63,994 nt of DNA from Paraspadella gotoi (taxonomy: Eukaryota > Animalia > Chaetognatha). Position numbers and translations under genes: made by a program. Below, piece after piece: positions 11,601-24,015 of this stretch. Location of the stretch: NCBI GenBank assembly GCA_051294375.1, contig CM119265.1, positions 6,519,495 through 6,583,488 of the forward strand, read 5' to 3'. Each line of letters opens with the position of its first letter. The stretch's first letter is position 1. The notes below the pieces were generated by a model. It searched no databases. It was not told the DNA's origin and worked only from the letters and a program-made list of their open reading frames with translations.

Positions 11601-14600
11601 AACTTAATAGTATGAATAATATTTTATACTAAAAGCAGGACAACAAAAATTTAATATTACCTAAATTTTTTGATCACTTGTGAAACCAAAACTTTGCATT
11701 GTGTCAATAAAAATACAAATAAACATGATAATGGAGATACCAAAAAAAACTATGAATTCATATTTCCGGTAGTTTTTTCAAGTTAATTATTCACCTAACT
11801 AATTTGATACAGCGTTCATTTGTAAAGTGACAGTACGCTTGAAACACTCTGTATTCTGTAAACAAGAACATACTTAGCATGGCCTTTTTCGTTAGTTTTA
11901 CTATGAAATTGGTACAACCAATATATAAATATAAAAATATTATGGTGGATTAAAATCCACCAACCGTTTATCAGCGGCAATTGGTGCAGGAGGCAAGTCA
12001 TTCGCCTCCCAACCCAAAGGTCCGGGGTTCTATCCCGGTGGTCGCCTAGCAGTTAAGAGGGACGGGGCGCTTAACCCGCCTGTTACAGCCTGATCCGAAG
12101 CTCATATTGAACGGTTCTGTCATTAACTCATAACAATAATTACCGTCTCTTCAATATGTTAAAGAAAAAATTATACATCCAATATAATATTGCCGTGTTC
12201 AAGGGGTTTGTGCATGTGATTTATAATTTTAATTTTAATAATTTTTTTAGGAGCTGACAGATTCCTATGAAGCAAAGCTATGTGAATATGTTGAAGCTCT
12301 GGAACATGAACGGGAAAGAGGAGCAGAAAAATATAATGTCGTGTTAATTGATAAAGAAGGTAAACTAAAGGAATATTTAAATAAAATTGAAAAATTGGAA
12401 TACGAGATGGTTCAATCTGCAGAAACCTTAAAAGCTGAAAAATGTGAACATGAAAAAACTGAACAAAAGTTTATTGGGTTAAAAGCAGATTTGGATGACA
12501 GCAATACAAATTATGAAAAGGTCAAAAGCGATTTTCGTAATACAAAGGCTTTGTTAGAAACTAAGGTGGCAGAAAATGATAAATTATGCACAGAAATTCA
12601 TAGAATTAAAACACAAATAGACTCGCAAAATAAAGAATTATTAGTTTTGGAAGGAAAGCTGAATGAAAAAGAAAAACAAAATGCCTTTAAGGAAAAAATT
12701 GTTAGTCTTGAAAAAGAAATTTTACATTTGGAACAAAATGAGAGCATCATGAAAAAAGAACTTGATAATTATTCAGAAAAGCATTCAGCCCTTGAAGATA
12801 ATTTTAGTCTAACAAAATCCACACTAGTAGATATTAAAGAAGAGCTCAGCATAAAAACCACAGAAAACAGTAAGTTATCAACAGAAAACGGTCAATTAAA
12901 TTTTATCAAATTGGAATTAGAAAATGAAAATATACAATTGAAAAATCAATTACAGACCCTTTGTTTAGAGGAAAATGATGTTTCAAATTTAAAAACAATT
13001 TTAGGGGAAAATGATAATTGTGAAAAAAAAACTGATGTTCGAGTTTTGATTAATAAGTGTGAAAAAAAAATAAAACTATTGCAAAAAGAAAATATTGAAT
13101 TGGAAACAAGTTTTAAAAAAGAGAAACAAAATGTATTTTCTAAAGCTTTGGAATTAGAAGCAAAGGAAAAAGAATTGGAAAAAGAAAAAGTAATTATTTC
13201 ATCTCTTGAGCAAGAAAAAGTAAGTCATACAAATTTAATTAAAGAATTGGCTGACGAAAGAAAGATGATTAGAAAACTACAAGAAACCATCCGAGAAAAA
13301 GATGATGAGTTGGAAGTCTGCCAAGGAAAATTAACAACTTTTAAATCTCAAATGGAAGAAATGAATGAAAAGATTAAATCTGAAATAGTGTTGAAAGAGG
13401 AAGCTCTTAACTTTTTGCAAAAAGAGAAAACTATAAATTTTTCATCAAAAAAACGGATGGATGAATTGCTTGAGGAAAAATTAAAATTGGAAAATGACGT
13501 TCACTGTTTAAAAGAAAAGGCTCAAAAGCACGATGATGATATGATACAAATGTTAGAAGAAAAGAAAAATTTGGCTATCTCGGAAACAATGTTACAGCTT
13601 TCTTGTCTTCAGGAGGCAGCACAAAATTTAGAACAAGAAAATTATCAACTTAAGAAATTATTGAAAGACGATTCAGTACATCCAACGAAACATGTAGCTG
13701 AAAGTTGTTCCAATTTAATAGACGAAGAGGCTATAACTACGGAGAAGGTACTATTTTTTTCCATTTAAATCATGACTAAATTTTCTATTGTGATTATAAA
13801 AAAATAAAAATAGATTAGTAAAAACATTTTTTGCGTTTTATTTTTAATTGTACGCATGTTTATCCAAATATTAAAAATGGATGGCATGCATAAAAACTGT
13901 GGAATATTGATAAATTTATATTTTAATGATTTGAGCTATTTTTGTATACTATTTTTTCCCTTCTATTTATACATCATTCAATTACAGGAACAAAACTCGA
14001 TCAGTCTCGGCGGGAATTGTTACGACCCAGTTGAAGGGGGCAAAACGGAATTCATTATTCCTGAGCTTAATAGAGTTGTTCAGAATCTTGAGAAAGAAAA
14101 AATGAAGTTACAAGGTAAGCTTAATAACTTTATTAGAGTCGGTTTTATGATAAATGTTACTATTGTTCCAATTTTTTATCCAAAGATGAATTGGACGAAG
14201 CACTTCGGGCAAAGTCAACCTTCGAATCCGCTTTAGAAGATATTGGTCGTCAACGTGAGCAACAGACGCTGGAGGTGCAGCAAGAGATCGAGTCATTCCA
14301 CCAGAAAATTGAAGGGCTCCATCAAGAGAAGAAAAGGTTGTTAGCAGACAATGAGCTCTTGAAAACTATCAGCAAAGGGAGCGGTTCTTCGAAAGTTTTA
14401 GAAGAAGCGGAAAAAAGGTAAGATTGCTCATGGATGGGCATGACTGCTCATGAATGGGCGGCAATAGAATATTACGGATTAATGAAGATTAAAATGTCTA
14501 TTCAATTCAGAATTCAAGAAAGGGAGAGAGAGTTCGAAGATCAACTTGATAAACTCGAGAAGCAAAACGACACAAAAATATCTAAGATCTTTAAGGAATT

Positions 14601-16431
14601 CAATCAAAAAATGATGGAGAAAGAAACAGAATTTCAGCAGAAGCTTACGAAATTACAAAACTATTCCGCCGAACGAGAGCACCAACTTCTTGCAGAACAT
14701 AATGAAGAAATTCATGAATTGCAAAAGGAATTGTACAATTACGACAACAACATTGAAGATATCAAGGAAGACTATGAAAACAGGTTACATTTAATAAAAT
14801 ATTATTTTTATTGGATCGTAAAATGATTTTGTTTAATGCGTTTGTTTAATGTGTTTGTTTAATTTAGTAAATATTATTTTAATTTGGGTAATGAGATTTT
14901 TAAACTCTTTATTTGTTCCAAATATTTCTTAGATATCCCCATGTAGTATCGTGCCTCAAGTTCTCACTTTCTCGTTTCTCGTTATTTTATTATATTTAAA
15001 GATATAAGATAGTTTTCAACTCAAATCTGAAAAAAAATATTATGCAGTAAATTCACAACTTATTTTTTCAATTTTTTAACTAATATTAATAATGACATAA
15101 ACCCTTACGTAATAAGACGTTAACTTTTGCTCTTCTTTATTTTGAGCTAATTTTTTTTTTGCATCAGTACTCGTCGACTTTGACGTTCAATTGGGTTCAT
15201 AAAGAAAATCATTTTTATTAGCAATTACAAGTTTTCAAAATGAATTTAAGACAACAAATAATGGTAAACCGTACCGAGTGAGAACTTAGTATTAGTAAGG
15301 GGTTATATGCGGCTGGGGAACTCTAATATTTATTAAGCCATTTATTTACTGTAGTTTTTTTTTAATTCTAGGATGCGGGAAATTCGAATGGATCAAGAAA
15401 AAATTCAACGTTCTAGCGATAATTTAAAGAAAAACTTTGAGAAAGAAGTAGAAAAAACCGTCGCAGTGGAAATCGGAGTGAGGATGAGCGAGAAGGAAAA
15501 CGCTCTACGGGAAGAAATTATGTCACTCGCAGAGAAATGGAACATCGACGGCGATATTTACAGTAATTTTTCCTTTACTTATATGATTACGTATATATTT
15601 TTGCCCTTTTGTTAAATTCTGACACAATCTCTGTAGGTAGGAATTATCGGAAATAGTTTTGATTAGTGCTTTCTTTTTTCAGGAAGCGATAGTATGTGCC
15701 AACAGTCGCGAGATACGTTGGAACAGATTAAATCTCAGCTTGAATTAAATCGAGAGGAGATGCCGTCGACGGAGGAAGAAATGTCGGCCGTTCAACTCAT
15801 AGAATTGGCGAGGGAAATTGAAGAAATCCGCGAACGTCGTAAAGCACACGTTGAAGAACCTCTCCAAGACTCTAGAGTAATTCGTACATCGCACATTCGT
15901 GTGTTTGTAGCACTTTCCCCCCCCCCCATCTTCATCGATCTTCTTTCTCGACAGGAGGGATCGAACGCGATCGGCCGTCGGTGGGCATCGGAGTCACCCT
16001 CGGAGGCTGACAAGGAGCGGCGAATCGGTTCCAGAAAACTATTGGATGAACCCAGAAGAACTTGTACTCCCGATTACGAATATGCATTTCCTGTTCTTCG
16101 TCACAAGTTGGGAGACGGCCTGTCTTCACATCAACAATTGCAATATCTTAAGGGCACTGTGATACAGCAGTTAAATCAACTGATTAAACTACGCTCCAGC
16201 GAATTAGAAGCCAGACAAAAACTCGAGGCTATGGCCCACGAGGAAAACGTGTCTCATTTATCTCCTTTCTTCCGGGAACCGACTGAATTGGAATACTTGA
16301 AAAAGGTTTTGTTGGAGTATATGCTGGGGAACGAGGTCCTTACCATGGCCAAAGTCATCGTTTCGTTAATGAAGTTTTCGCCGGAAGAAACCAAGGCAGT
16401 TATCGACAGAGCGTCTCGAATGTTCTGGTAG
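5655..16431 (+). CDS. GOLGA4: Golgin-245 / golgin subfamily A member 4 (long coiled coil, C-terminal GRIP domain)
   Basis: Starts MFKKLKQKIVEE (GOLGA4-type N-terminus) and ends with the GRIP domain FREPTELEYLKKVLLEYMLGNEVLTMAKVIVSLMKFSPEETKAVI. Exons ~5655-5808, 5883-8884, 8948-9073, 12251-13747, 13988-14114, 14186-14417, 14511-~14784, 15372-~15562, ~15683-16431, with GT-AG boundaries in compatible phases. Confidence 0.92.
9543..9797 (-). mobile_element. Type A structured insert (A1), 4-bp TSD ATCT
   Basis: TATGGC...GCCACA bounded by ATCT/ATCT; near-identical to 20059-20313. The minus strand carries an A-box-like TGGCTCAGAGG and a B-box-like GTTCCATCC. Confidence 0.85.
9900..9939 (+). ncRNA. 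Degenerate minimal type I hammerhead ribozyme (core CUGAUCA, G8C)
   Basis: UGCG-CUGAUCA-...-GAAAC-AU-GUU-CGUG; stem II is poorly paired. Confidence 0.5.
10172..10925 (+). mobile_element. HINE/DINE-1-like non-autonomous Helentron
   Basis: 5' subterminal IR GCCGGATCT with nearby GCAGATTCCGGC, (GTCC)-type microsatellite, two ~155-bp internal tandem repeats, 3' subTIR GCAGATCCGGC, T-rich flanks. Homologous copies at 61272-62072, 59923-60250 and 20745-20810(-). Confidence 0.75.
11130..11508. mobile_element. Fold-back element of ~185-bp inverted arms, PLE pseudo-LTR-like, with a hammerhead-like motif in the right arm
   Basis: Arms are imperfect reverse complements centred near 11313. Right arm reads ACC-CUGAACGA-U-GAU...AUC-GAAA-UAUU-GGU (11418-11458) after a TC-rich tract. 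Confidence 0.65.
11941..12153 (+). mobile_element. Type B structured insert (B1) with tRNA(Gly)-like domain, 4-bp TSD ATAT
   Basis: TATGG...TCTTCA bounded by ATAT/ATAT; homologous to 29286-29520 and 42009-42242(-). Confidence 0.85.
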
Positions 16432-17019
16432 CAGACATTCCATTTCGACATTCCCAATTGATCAGAATTGTGTTTTAATTTATTTTCTTGAATCCTTTAT
16501 TTCAATGCTAATTGGATAGTCTCAACTGAAAACGTGATTAGTTACCTTAAATTTTGTTTTACTCTTGATAATTTATAAATGCGTACTTATCTATAAATTT
16601 TATGTATTTATAACATATAATTTTATGCAGAATAACGCCATATTGTATCTTAATTCGTTGGCAGATTTACGGATTAAAATTAAGGTAACTAAACAAACTA
16701 AACTAAATAAAACTAAACAATCGGTGAAGTAGTGTCCATCGGCACTCATTTTTATTTTTTGAATAATTATCAATTATTTTGGATTTACTTACTCTAACTT
16801 CTTGAATCATTCTTAAATTGCTCTTTTCCAACGTGATTAGGTCTTGACTAGATTAGTAGACAATAAGTATTTCTTTCCAATCTTTTCTCTCGGTCCCTCT
16901 TGGTTCTTACAGTTTAAGACTTAAAAAAAAGGTTGGTTATACATTTCTCTGGTTACTTTCGTATTGTATTCGATACTGGGGGGTTAAGCTTTGTTTTAAT
17001 ATTATTTTATTCAATTTAT

Positions 17020-17096
17020 GGGTTACTTTTACTTTCGCCGACCGGGGTTAGGGAGGGGTTAGGGTTAAGGGTAGTCGGCGAAAGTAAAATTTAGCC
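17020..17096. mobile_element. Tiny MITE with ~23-bp TIRs enclosing TTAGGG-like repeats
   Basis: TTTTACTTTCGCCGAC / GTCGGCGAAAGTAAAA flank GGGGTTAGGGAGGGGTTAGGGTTAAGGG. The same 3' TIR ends longer relatives at 557-620 and 27861-27924. Confidence 0.7.
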
Positions 17097-17697
17097 TAAT
17101 TTCCTATAAATAGGTACATATTACGCATTTGATTTAAACCTATTTCAGGAATTAAAGGTTTTTGAGACTATTGTCGAGCATTTTAATGTTATGAAGTTTC
17201 CTCCTAGTCAGTTTCCTTTTGACCGTTCTCTTGGGTGCCAGTTTTGTACCTAAATTGATGTTGAAAAAATTTAAAGTAATTCTTTTTATTTGTTTTTTTT
17301 TATAAGATATCATTGTAGTTCAGTATTGCAACAAAAAATTTCACAATTGTTATTAGTAGAAGCTAGTATTTTTCAAGAGTCATTCTGTTCTATAAGTTTC
17401 AACTTTATTACACATGAGTTAATAAATAAATCGTATTAAGTAAAAGGACTTCTATCAATTTATTTCGAAACAAAGCAATTTTAAAACATTTTAGTGTAAT
17501 TTGAATCTCTATATTAACTGAGTGTTGAGATTATATAATTAGTTAAGAAAATTGAACTGAATGGTCCTTCAGCGAACAAAAATTAAAGGTGAGTAATTTC
17601 TTAGTTTTTTTCCACCGCAAGTAGAGTTGCTTTCGTCACCTTTCTGCTAAATGTCGTCTCAGCCAAGAAAATTTCATCGGCTTTCTGGACTAGGACA

Positions 17698-20600
17698 ATG
17701 CCTCGTCTGTATTTTTTCATGAATTTATTAATCCTCTTTCTTTTCCGGAATAGTTTCTCCGAGATTCTTCAGCGAGATGAACAGTTTCAGTTCGTCAATG
17801 TCCCAACCGGTAAGACGTGCCATTCCATCGTCAATAAACTTCATTTAACCAGCGCCAATTCCCAAAATTGGCCCGTTCGTTTTGACAGTTGACTTTGTGC
17901 CGAACCCCAATCCGGTTATTCTCAAAATTCTGAGTCGTTCCGGTGATGCGCCGATCGTGACGCAAAATGATGCTTCTGCGCTCAAGACTTCCGGTTTTGT
18001 AAGGTCGAAGGAAACCAAGATTCTTGTCCACGACCACATGGAAACTTCAACGGAAGAATGGATAGTACGCGCAGGGAAGGCCATCCAGGAAGTAGCGGTT
18101 GGTGGAATGAATAAAAATTTTGAGCAAGGACCTCAAATTATTTAACTATTTAATTATTATCAAAATTGTCTTCTGTCAGGATGTTAATGTAATTGCTTTG
18201 GATTGGGAAACGTTTTCTCGGATTAAAAATTATTTACTGGTCAAAGGTTCAAGCCATATCATCGCTGCTCATTTTGCCAATTTAATTCTCCTTCTAGAAC
18301 AGGAGACTCGGGATCTCGGGAAGGGTAACCCAATAGTTCATAAAATTGATGAATATCACTATAAGGGGACTAACTTTTGCCAAACTAGTACCTCGTTTGG
18401 CAAAAGTTAGTCGCCTAATATTAATGAATGTAGTCTAGATTGATAATTTTAAATAGAACTGACCGGGTTGAGTCTCTAGAACTTTGTTACTTATGTATGT
18501 TTTCTTTCTCGATGAGATTCTCCTCACAACATCGGCGAATTCTTATCATCACTTCATTTGATTTGCTTCGGCCTTGGCGCCCATATTTGTGGTTTCACGG
18601 GGTATTTGCTCCGGGGAACAATAAGCCGAATAACCGGATTGGATCCATCGGGACTCGGAATGATCGCTACATCGAACAGGCGAGATTAGGCGAATTTTTT
18701 AGCAGTTTGTCTCAAGTTTAACCATGTAATATAATTATCAAAGAAACAAAATTATGATTGTATAACTTTCATTTAATTTTGAATCTCATATATATCATAA
18801 TTTTTGATTAAAGTTTATTTTTTAACCTATTGTAAGATTGAAGTCGTCGGATGCTCGCTTCGTCGACATTATTCATACTAACGGTGATCCCCTTCACAGT
18901 TTTGGTGAGAGGTTTTGCCCTTTGTCTGGTTTTGTTTTCTATATTTTGAGTCTACGTTTAACCCCTAAGCAATAAAAAATTTGTATGACCTCAAGAGTCC
19001 GGACGACTATCAATAACTCGGATGCTTCTTTTTTATTTCTTTAATATGAAAATTTTAAAATTACTTGTTTCACTATTTTATGTTTTAGATTTTAAAATAT
19101 TCATTAATTTTGGTTTTTGATAATTTAAATCTGAAAATATTATATTATTAATGGGAGAGGGTTGTTTTAGAATTCTGTTTATTTACAAAAAACATTTTCT
19201 CAACACATAAGGTATCGGGATGGCAGAACCTATCGGTCATGTAGATTTTTACGGAAATATAGGGGCACATCAACCTGGCTGCAATGACTCTATATCAAAA
19301 ATATTTTCAAATTTATCAGAAAAAGGACACAGAGGTGTGCAACGATGCTGCATATACGACTACGGTTTTTGTTTTTGTTTTTGAAATTTACTTCGAAATT
19401 GCAGAAACTGTTAATGTGATCGGTTGTTCGCATCGACGTGCAGTGGAAATATTCATTGAAAGTATTTATGTCAAGGAATCTTGCAAAATTCAGGTTGGTG
19501 ACGTTTATCTTAGTAGCTGATAACAAAAAAAAATTAAATTACGCTGTCTTAGAATTTTTATGATTTAATTATGTCTTGATGTAAAGGCCCTTCCTTGTGA
19601 AAATCCGGTGGATTGGTCCTTGGGAAAGTGTTTGTCTTGTCCAAACGAGGGTTGTCCGGAGGTGGGCTATGGTGCCAAAGCAAGACTGTTTTATTGGCTG
19701 GACAGAAAGCCTTCAACATTTTACTTTTTGACAAATACTCAAACTCCTCTTTGTGGTAATTAGCTTCAGTAGCAATGTGATAGAAATGTAATATTGTGAT
19801 ATAAGTAGAACATATTGGATTGAGTAAGTCAACTGGCTCCTATCTTCTATAAAGTAAAAGCCAGATAACCTATAAAACAACTAAAAAAAAACTAGGAATA
19901 ATTGATGCGATGATAGTCATTCATTGACGCGATGAGTCATTCATCGTCAATAAAACAAATGCGTGTATGAGTGAGAGAGAGAGACAACGACGACGACGAC
20001 AACGTCACAAAGAAGCTGAGCCGAAGCAAAATCTAGCGAGATAATAATATGAGCATATTGTGGCGGTATGTTCACACCGCCTCACGTCCACCATCCATCA
20101 GCCAAATCCATTGGCTCAGAGGGGGAACACACCATCCCAGGCGTAGTGTTCCATCCACAGTCCTAACGACTTCCCTCTGCGTTGGCAAAGCGAGACCGTC
20201 CTAGGGTAACCGCGCCAGTGACTGGAGCCGTCACTGAGGGTCGGAAGCCCCCAAAGCCAACAGTGAGATGCCCCATCCCAATGGGCATCACAGGCAACCC
20301 GGCTGTTGCCATAATATACCAATTTCATAAAATTCAGCTCTTTGTAATTTGATGCTAGAGCGGAGTACAATATAGTATTCAATTGAAACATTCTTTGAAA
20401 TATTATATCACTTTATTGGTAGAGAAGCCAAGTACTCTGAGAGTGAATAAACTTTACTGTGAGAGAGTCTTGATTGAAAGCTTAATTTGCATACATGTTT
20501 CGAAGTTTTCTATTCATCGTCAGTGCAAAAAACATTTTATAAAATTACAAGTTTAGGCAATGTTAAAATTAAGTTTGAGAGAGAGAGAGATACAGAGAGT

Positions 20601-21754
20601 AACAGGGAGAGAGAGTCAATAAGATAAAGCTTTCAACAAAGGGATGAGGGGAAAGTTAACAACCAGAAGTTTTAGGTCAGATTGAAAAACAAATCTTTTC
20701 TCTTGCATAATTTTTTTATAATTAGAGGATTTAAGATGATTTAAGTGACTGACGGACCAACAAAGTTGATTATCGAGCCGGAATCTGCCATAAGCAGATC
20801 CGGTTAAAAATTACGTAGGACGATTTTATTGTAATTTTATTTCATGATCAAAGATTCAATCGCCTCTTTTTATTTAGGAAGACAATATGCGGTACAGATT
20901 TCTTTTTTAAAAAACGCCAAGTCTTCTTTTCGTGGCGTATTACTAATCAGAATCAACGGTTCTACTGGTAGCACACCGTTTCTTGATATATACAGGTCTG
21001 TGTTTTTTCATTTAAAATTTCCCGTTATTAGTTATGCATCATATATTGATATAATTGTTTTGTTTGGGATATTTAATCTTGGAAAATAGATGCATATTTG
21101 ATAGAAATCATAAGACATTGTTTTAATAACTATTTTTTCAATTGTCCCGTTTTGCAGAAGCAAGAAGCTAAAATGGTAAACCTAATCACCAATGATGAGT
21201 CTGTGAAATTGATAATAGGATCTTTTTTGAAGGAATCTGAGTGGATTGTTTCGATTTCGAAGCGGCGTGTCATACGGCAACGTCATCATAAACGACAGAC
21301 GATTGGGAGAGGTTTTATCAGTCGAGATCCGGATCAATGGCGATCAGGAACTCTGGTCCGGAGGAGACAATCTTTTCGTAAAGACCATCATCGTCAGAAA
21401 CGTTGAAAACAATAGAGAGTGAGTCTCAATTTTGCTTTTAGTTTTACGTAATATTTTATAGTTGTAGTAATGTGCTCGGAGGGGGGTTTGGACATTAGCA
21501 GTAAGAGAAAAAACTTTTCAACAAGAGTTATAGGTAAAAGTTGTTGTTATACATTGAGATGTTATATCAGGTTCGACTTTTGCGATGAAAAAAAACTGGT
21601 GCCAAATAAAACTACTACTATTCTCAAGCGATGCGCCTTCAATAAAAAAACGGAAAATTCACTTTTTCAACGTGCTGTTAGTTCAGCCATGGCTGTAACA
21701 ATGGATCCCAAAGGCGTCTTAAGAAACAACAACATGAACTTCACTGTGTACTAG
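17698..21754 (+). CDS. Secreted pancreatic-lipase-family protein with PLAT domain, predicted catalytically inactive
   Basis: Signal peptide plus motifs DVNVIALDW, HLICFGLGAHICG, ITGLDPS, DARFVDIIHTN, IGHVDFY, QPGC, CSHRRAVEIFIES and CLSCPNEGCPEVG; PLAT-like exons 20878-21754; about 11 exons. Confidence 0.88.
20059..20313 (+). mobile_element. Type A structured insert (A2), 4-bp TSD ATAT
   Basis: TGTGGC...GCCATA bounded by ATAT/ATAT; reverse complement of 9543-9797 with few differences. Confidence 0.85.
20315..20700 (-). mobile_element. PLE pseudo-LTR fragment plus hammerhead, fused to R-family body
   Basis: Minus strand CAATCTGACCTAAAACTTC...CCCTTTGTTGAAAGCTTTATC...(TC)n matches the pLTR at 28400-28560(-); followed by the hammerhead and then R sequence. 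Confidence 0.7.
20486..20529 (-). ncRNA. Minimal type I hammerhead ribozyme, intact core
   Basis: UUUGCA-CUGACGA-U-GAA-(8 nt)-UUC-GAAAC-AU-GUA-UGCAAA: 6-bp stem I, CUGANGA and GAAA boxes, palindromic ACAUGU stem III, GUA cleavage triplet. Confidence 0.8.
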
Positions 21755-22393
21755 CTCAATGAAACACTTTCCTCACTTTTTTATTATTAAAATAAAAGAT
21801 TATAATAATCAGTTGTAATCGGAGGTGAATTATCTATAAAAAATTTTAAAATTTCGACGGTGCTGACGGTTATGTGAAAATATTACCTTAGTAACTAAGT
21901 TATACTTTCATGTAATAATAATAACCGACTTTACATGACTATCTTGAATAAATATTAATCACGGCGCAATAAAATAAACAATAGCGGAGTAAAAAAGACG
22001 CATGATTCGCAAATAAAAATTTAATTAACGGTAAAAATGTAGGCCATAGAAAACAAAAGAAGCGATTTGAACTTTTTGATCAGACTCACCAGTGTTCTTC
22101 TAAGGTTTAAACGTTTAATTTATCATGTATATATTTACAAATGTTTGTTAAACTAATCAACGTGAACATAGTGAAAATTATTAAAATAAAATAGCCAATG
22201 CTAAATATAACATTTATTGGGGACATTCAAGGCTTTTTATTGCAAAACTTTCTCACTGAATACGTTCAAACGGTGCCATTCATGCTCAATTTCTCGCACT
22301 CGTCATTGCGCGTACTTGCACATAAGCGGAGTGAAACATTTAAGGAATTTTGTGTTTTAGGAATTACTACTTAAATTTTATCAGAGGTCAATG

Positions 22394-22770
22394 ATAAAGA
22401 CACTTGAATATAGCAGGTTTTTCATAAGAATATCCTAAATGGTACATATCGCCAGATCGACTAAATTTCTAAGAGCTTTCACCAGATATTAATATTGTTA
22501 CCTTTTTATGTAAAAAAATTTTAAAAAAGTTGTATATTTTCCTTGTTTAGAAAGTTAGACAAACAGATTTAATAAAAGAAATAAAGACACTTGAATATAG
22601 CAGGTTTTTCATAAGAATATCCTAAAATGGGTACATATCGCCAGATCGACTAAAATTTCTAAGAGCTTTCACCAGATATTATATTGTTACCTTTTTATGT
22701 AAAAAAAATTTTAAAAAAGTTGTATATTTTCCTTGTTAGAAAGTTAGACAAACAGATTTAATAAAAGAAA
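22394..22770. repeat. 187-bp tandem duplication at the left end of a putative MITE (22440-23430)
   Basis: 22394-22580 is repeated at 22581-22770 with homopolymer-length differences only. TCGCCAGATCGACT is inverted at 23402-23415, with many internal AATCGAT motifs. Confidence 0.8.
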
Positions 22771-24015
22771 TTTTGAGTTTTTAAATGAAATATATCTTTA
22801 AAATCTTTAAAAGTTATCGATAACTTTTCTCCGATCATTACCAAGTCAAATCAAAACCAATCGATAGAAAATTTGGATATATAAATGATTATGGTTTTTA
22901 TTAAAAAAAAATTTAAGATTGAAAAAAAATTAAATTTTTTATAACACTTGTAAATTGTCGACCTAATATTATTAGGTCGACATATTATTATCTTATTATT
23001 AATAAGAAAATTAAAATTTTGTGAATCGATCTGATAAAAATAAAAGTATGAATCGATTTGATGAGAACATTAAAATTCCTGAATCGATCTCATTAGAGAA
23101 ATTAATGCTCAATAATAGCAAATCAATAATAAAAAAAGTTATGTAAAATAATAAAATATATTTGTTTACAAAAATATACATATCATTAAAAAAATTTATT
23201 TTTTTTATTTAAGAAAAAAGTATTTTGTTTTTTTATGTATCATTAATTTAATCTATCAATTGATAATGATTAATTCAATCAAAATAATCTTCGAGAATTG
23301 TACAAAAATGATAACATTTTTTTTTCAGATTTTAATAAGATCGAAAGATCAAATCAGCTTTTTAGAATCGACCTGGGGAGAAAAACTTTAAAAAAATCCT
23401 GAGTCGATCTGGCGAGACGACCCCCCCCCCTAAAATGTAGTCCATCATTAACAATCTGAAAATACTGCAATTGGTTGGGTTTAAAATTGAATCGTGGGGA
23501 CTGCTTTTAATTTTAGAGTAATATTTGAAATACCATTGTTCTTTTTTTCGCGCAAAAATTTTTATACGTTTGTGCTCATAAGAAGCAGAAAAAAAATCAC
23601 CACCAGGAAGATCCTTAACAATGAATGTACAACTTTACCACACTAACAAGATTTTGAACAGAGAAATTTCTACGAATGAATTTCATTTTGCATACTTGGA
23701 TATTAGATTAATTGAGTTTAAAATCTGTTGACTAGATTATACTTATCATCATTGAAAATACGTGGAGGCGAAAAATTTAGAGAACCATTATATTTTTCAA
23801 GCTACCTCTAATTTTGCACCTGACCGTCCTTGCCCCGCTCTTTCAGAACTGGCAGATTTTTCAGTAGTACATACTCAAACTTGAGTCCTCTTACAGTTAC
23901 ATAAAATAAAGGAAGATGGTTTGAAAAATTATGTTTCAAATGAGGTTAGCTAAAACTTTAAATGTATTTTCAATGACGTTTATGGACCTTCCATAAGTTA
24001 GAGAAAAAAAAGCTG

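Noticed and set aside
22394-22770. 187-bp tandem duplication as a biological event
   Set aside because: The copies differ only by homopolymer lengths, typical of long-read or assembly overlap error.
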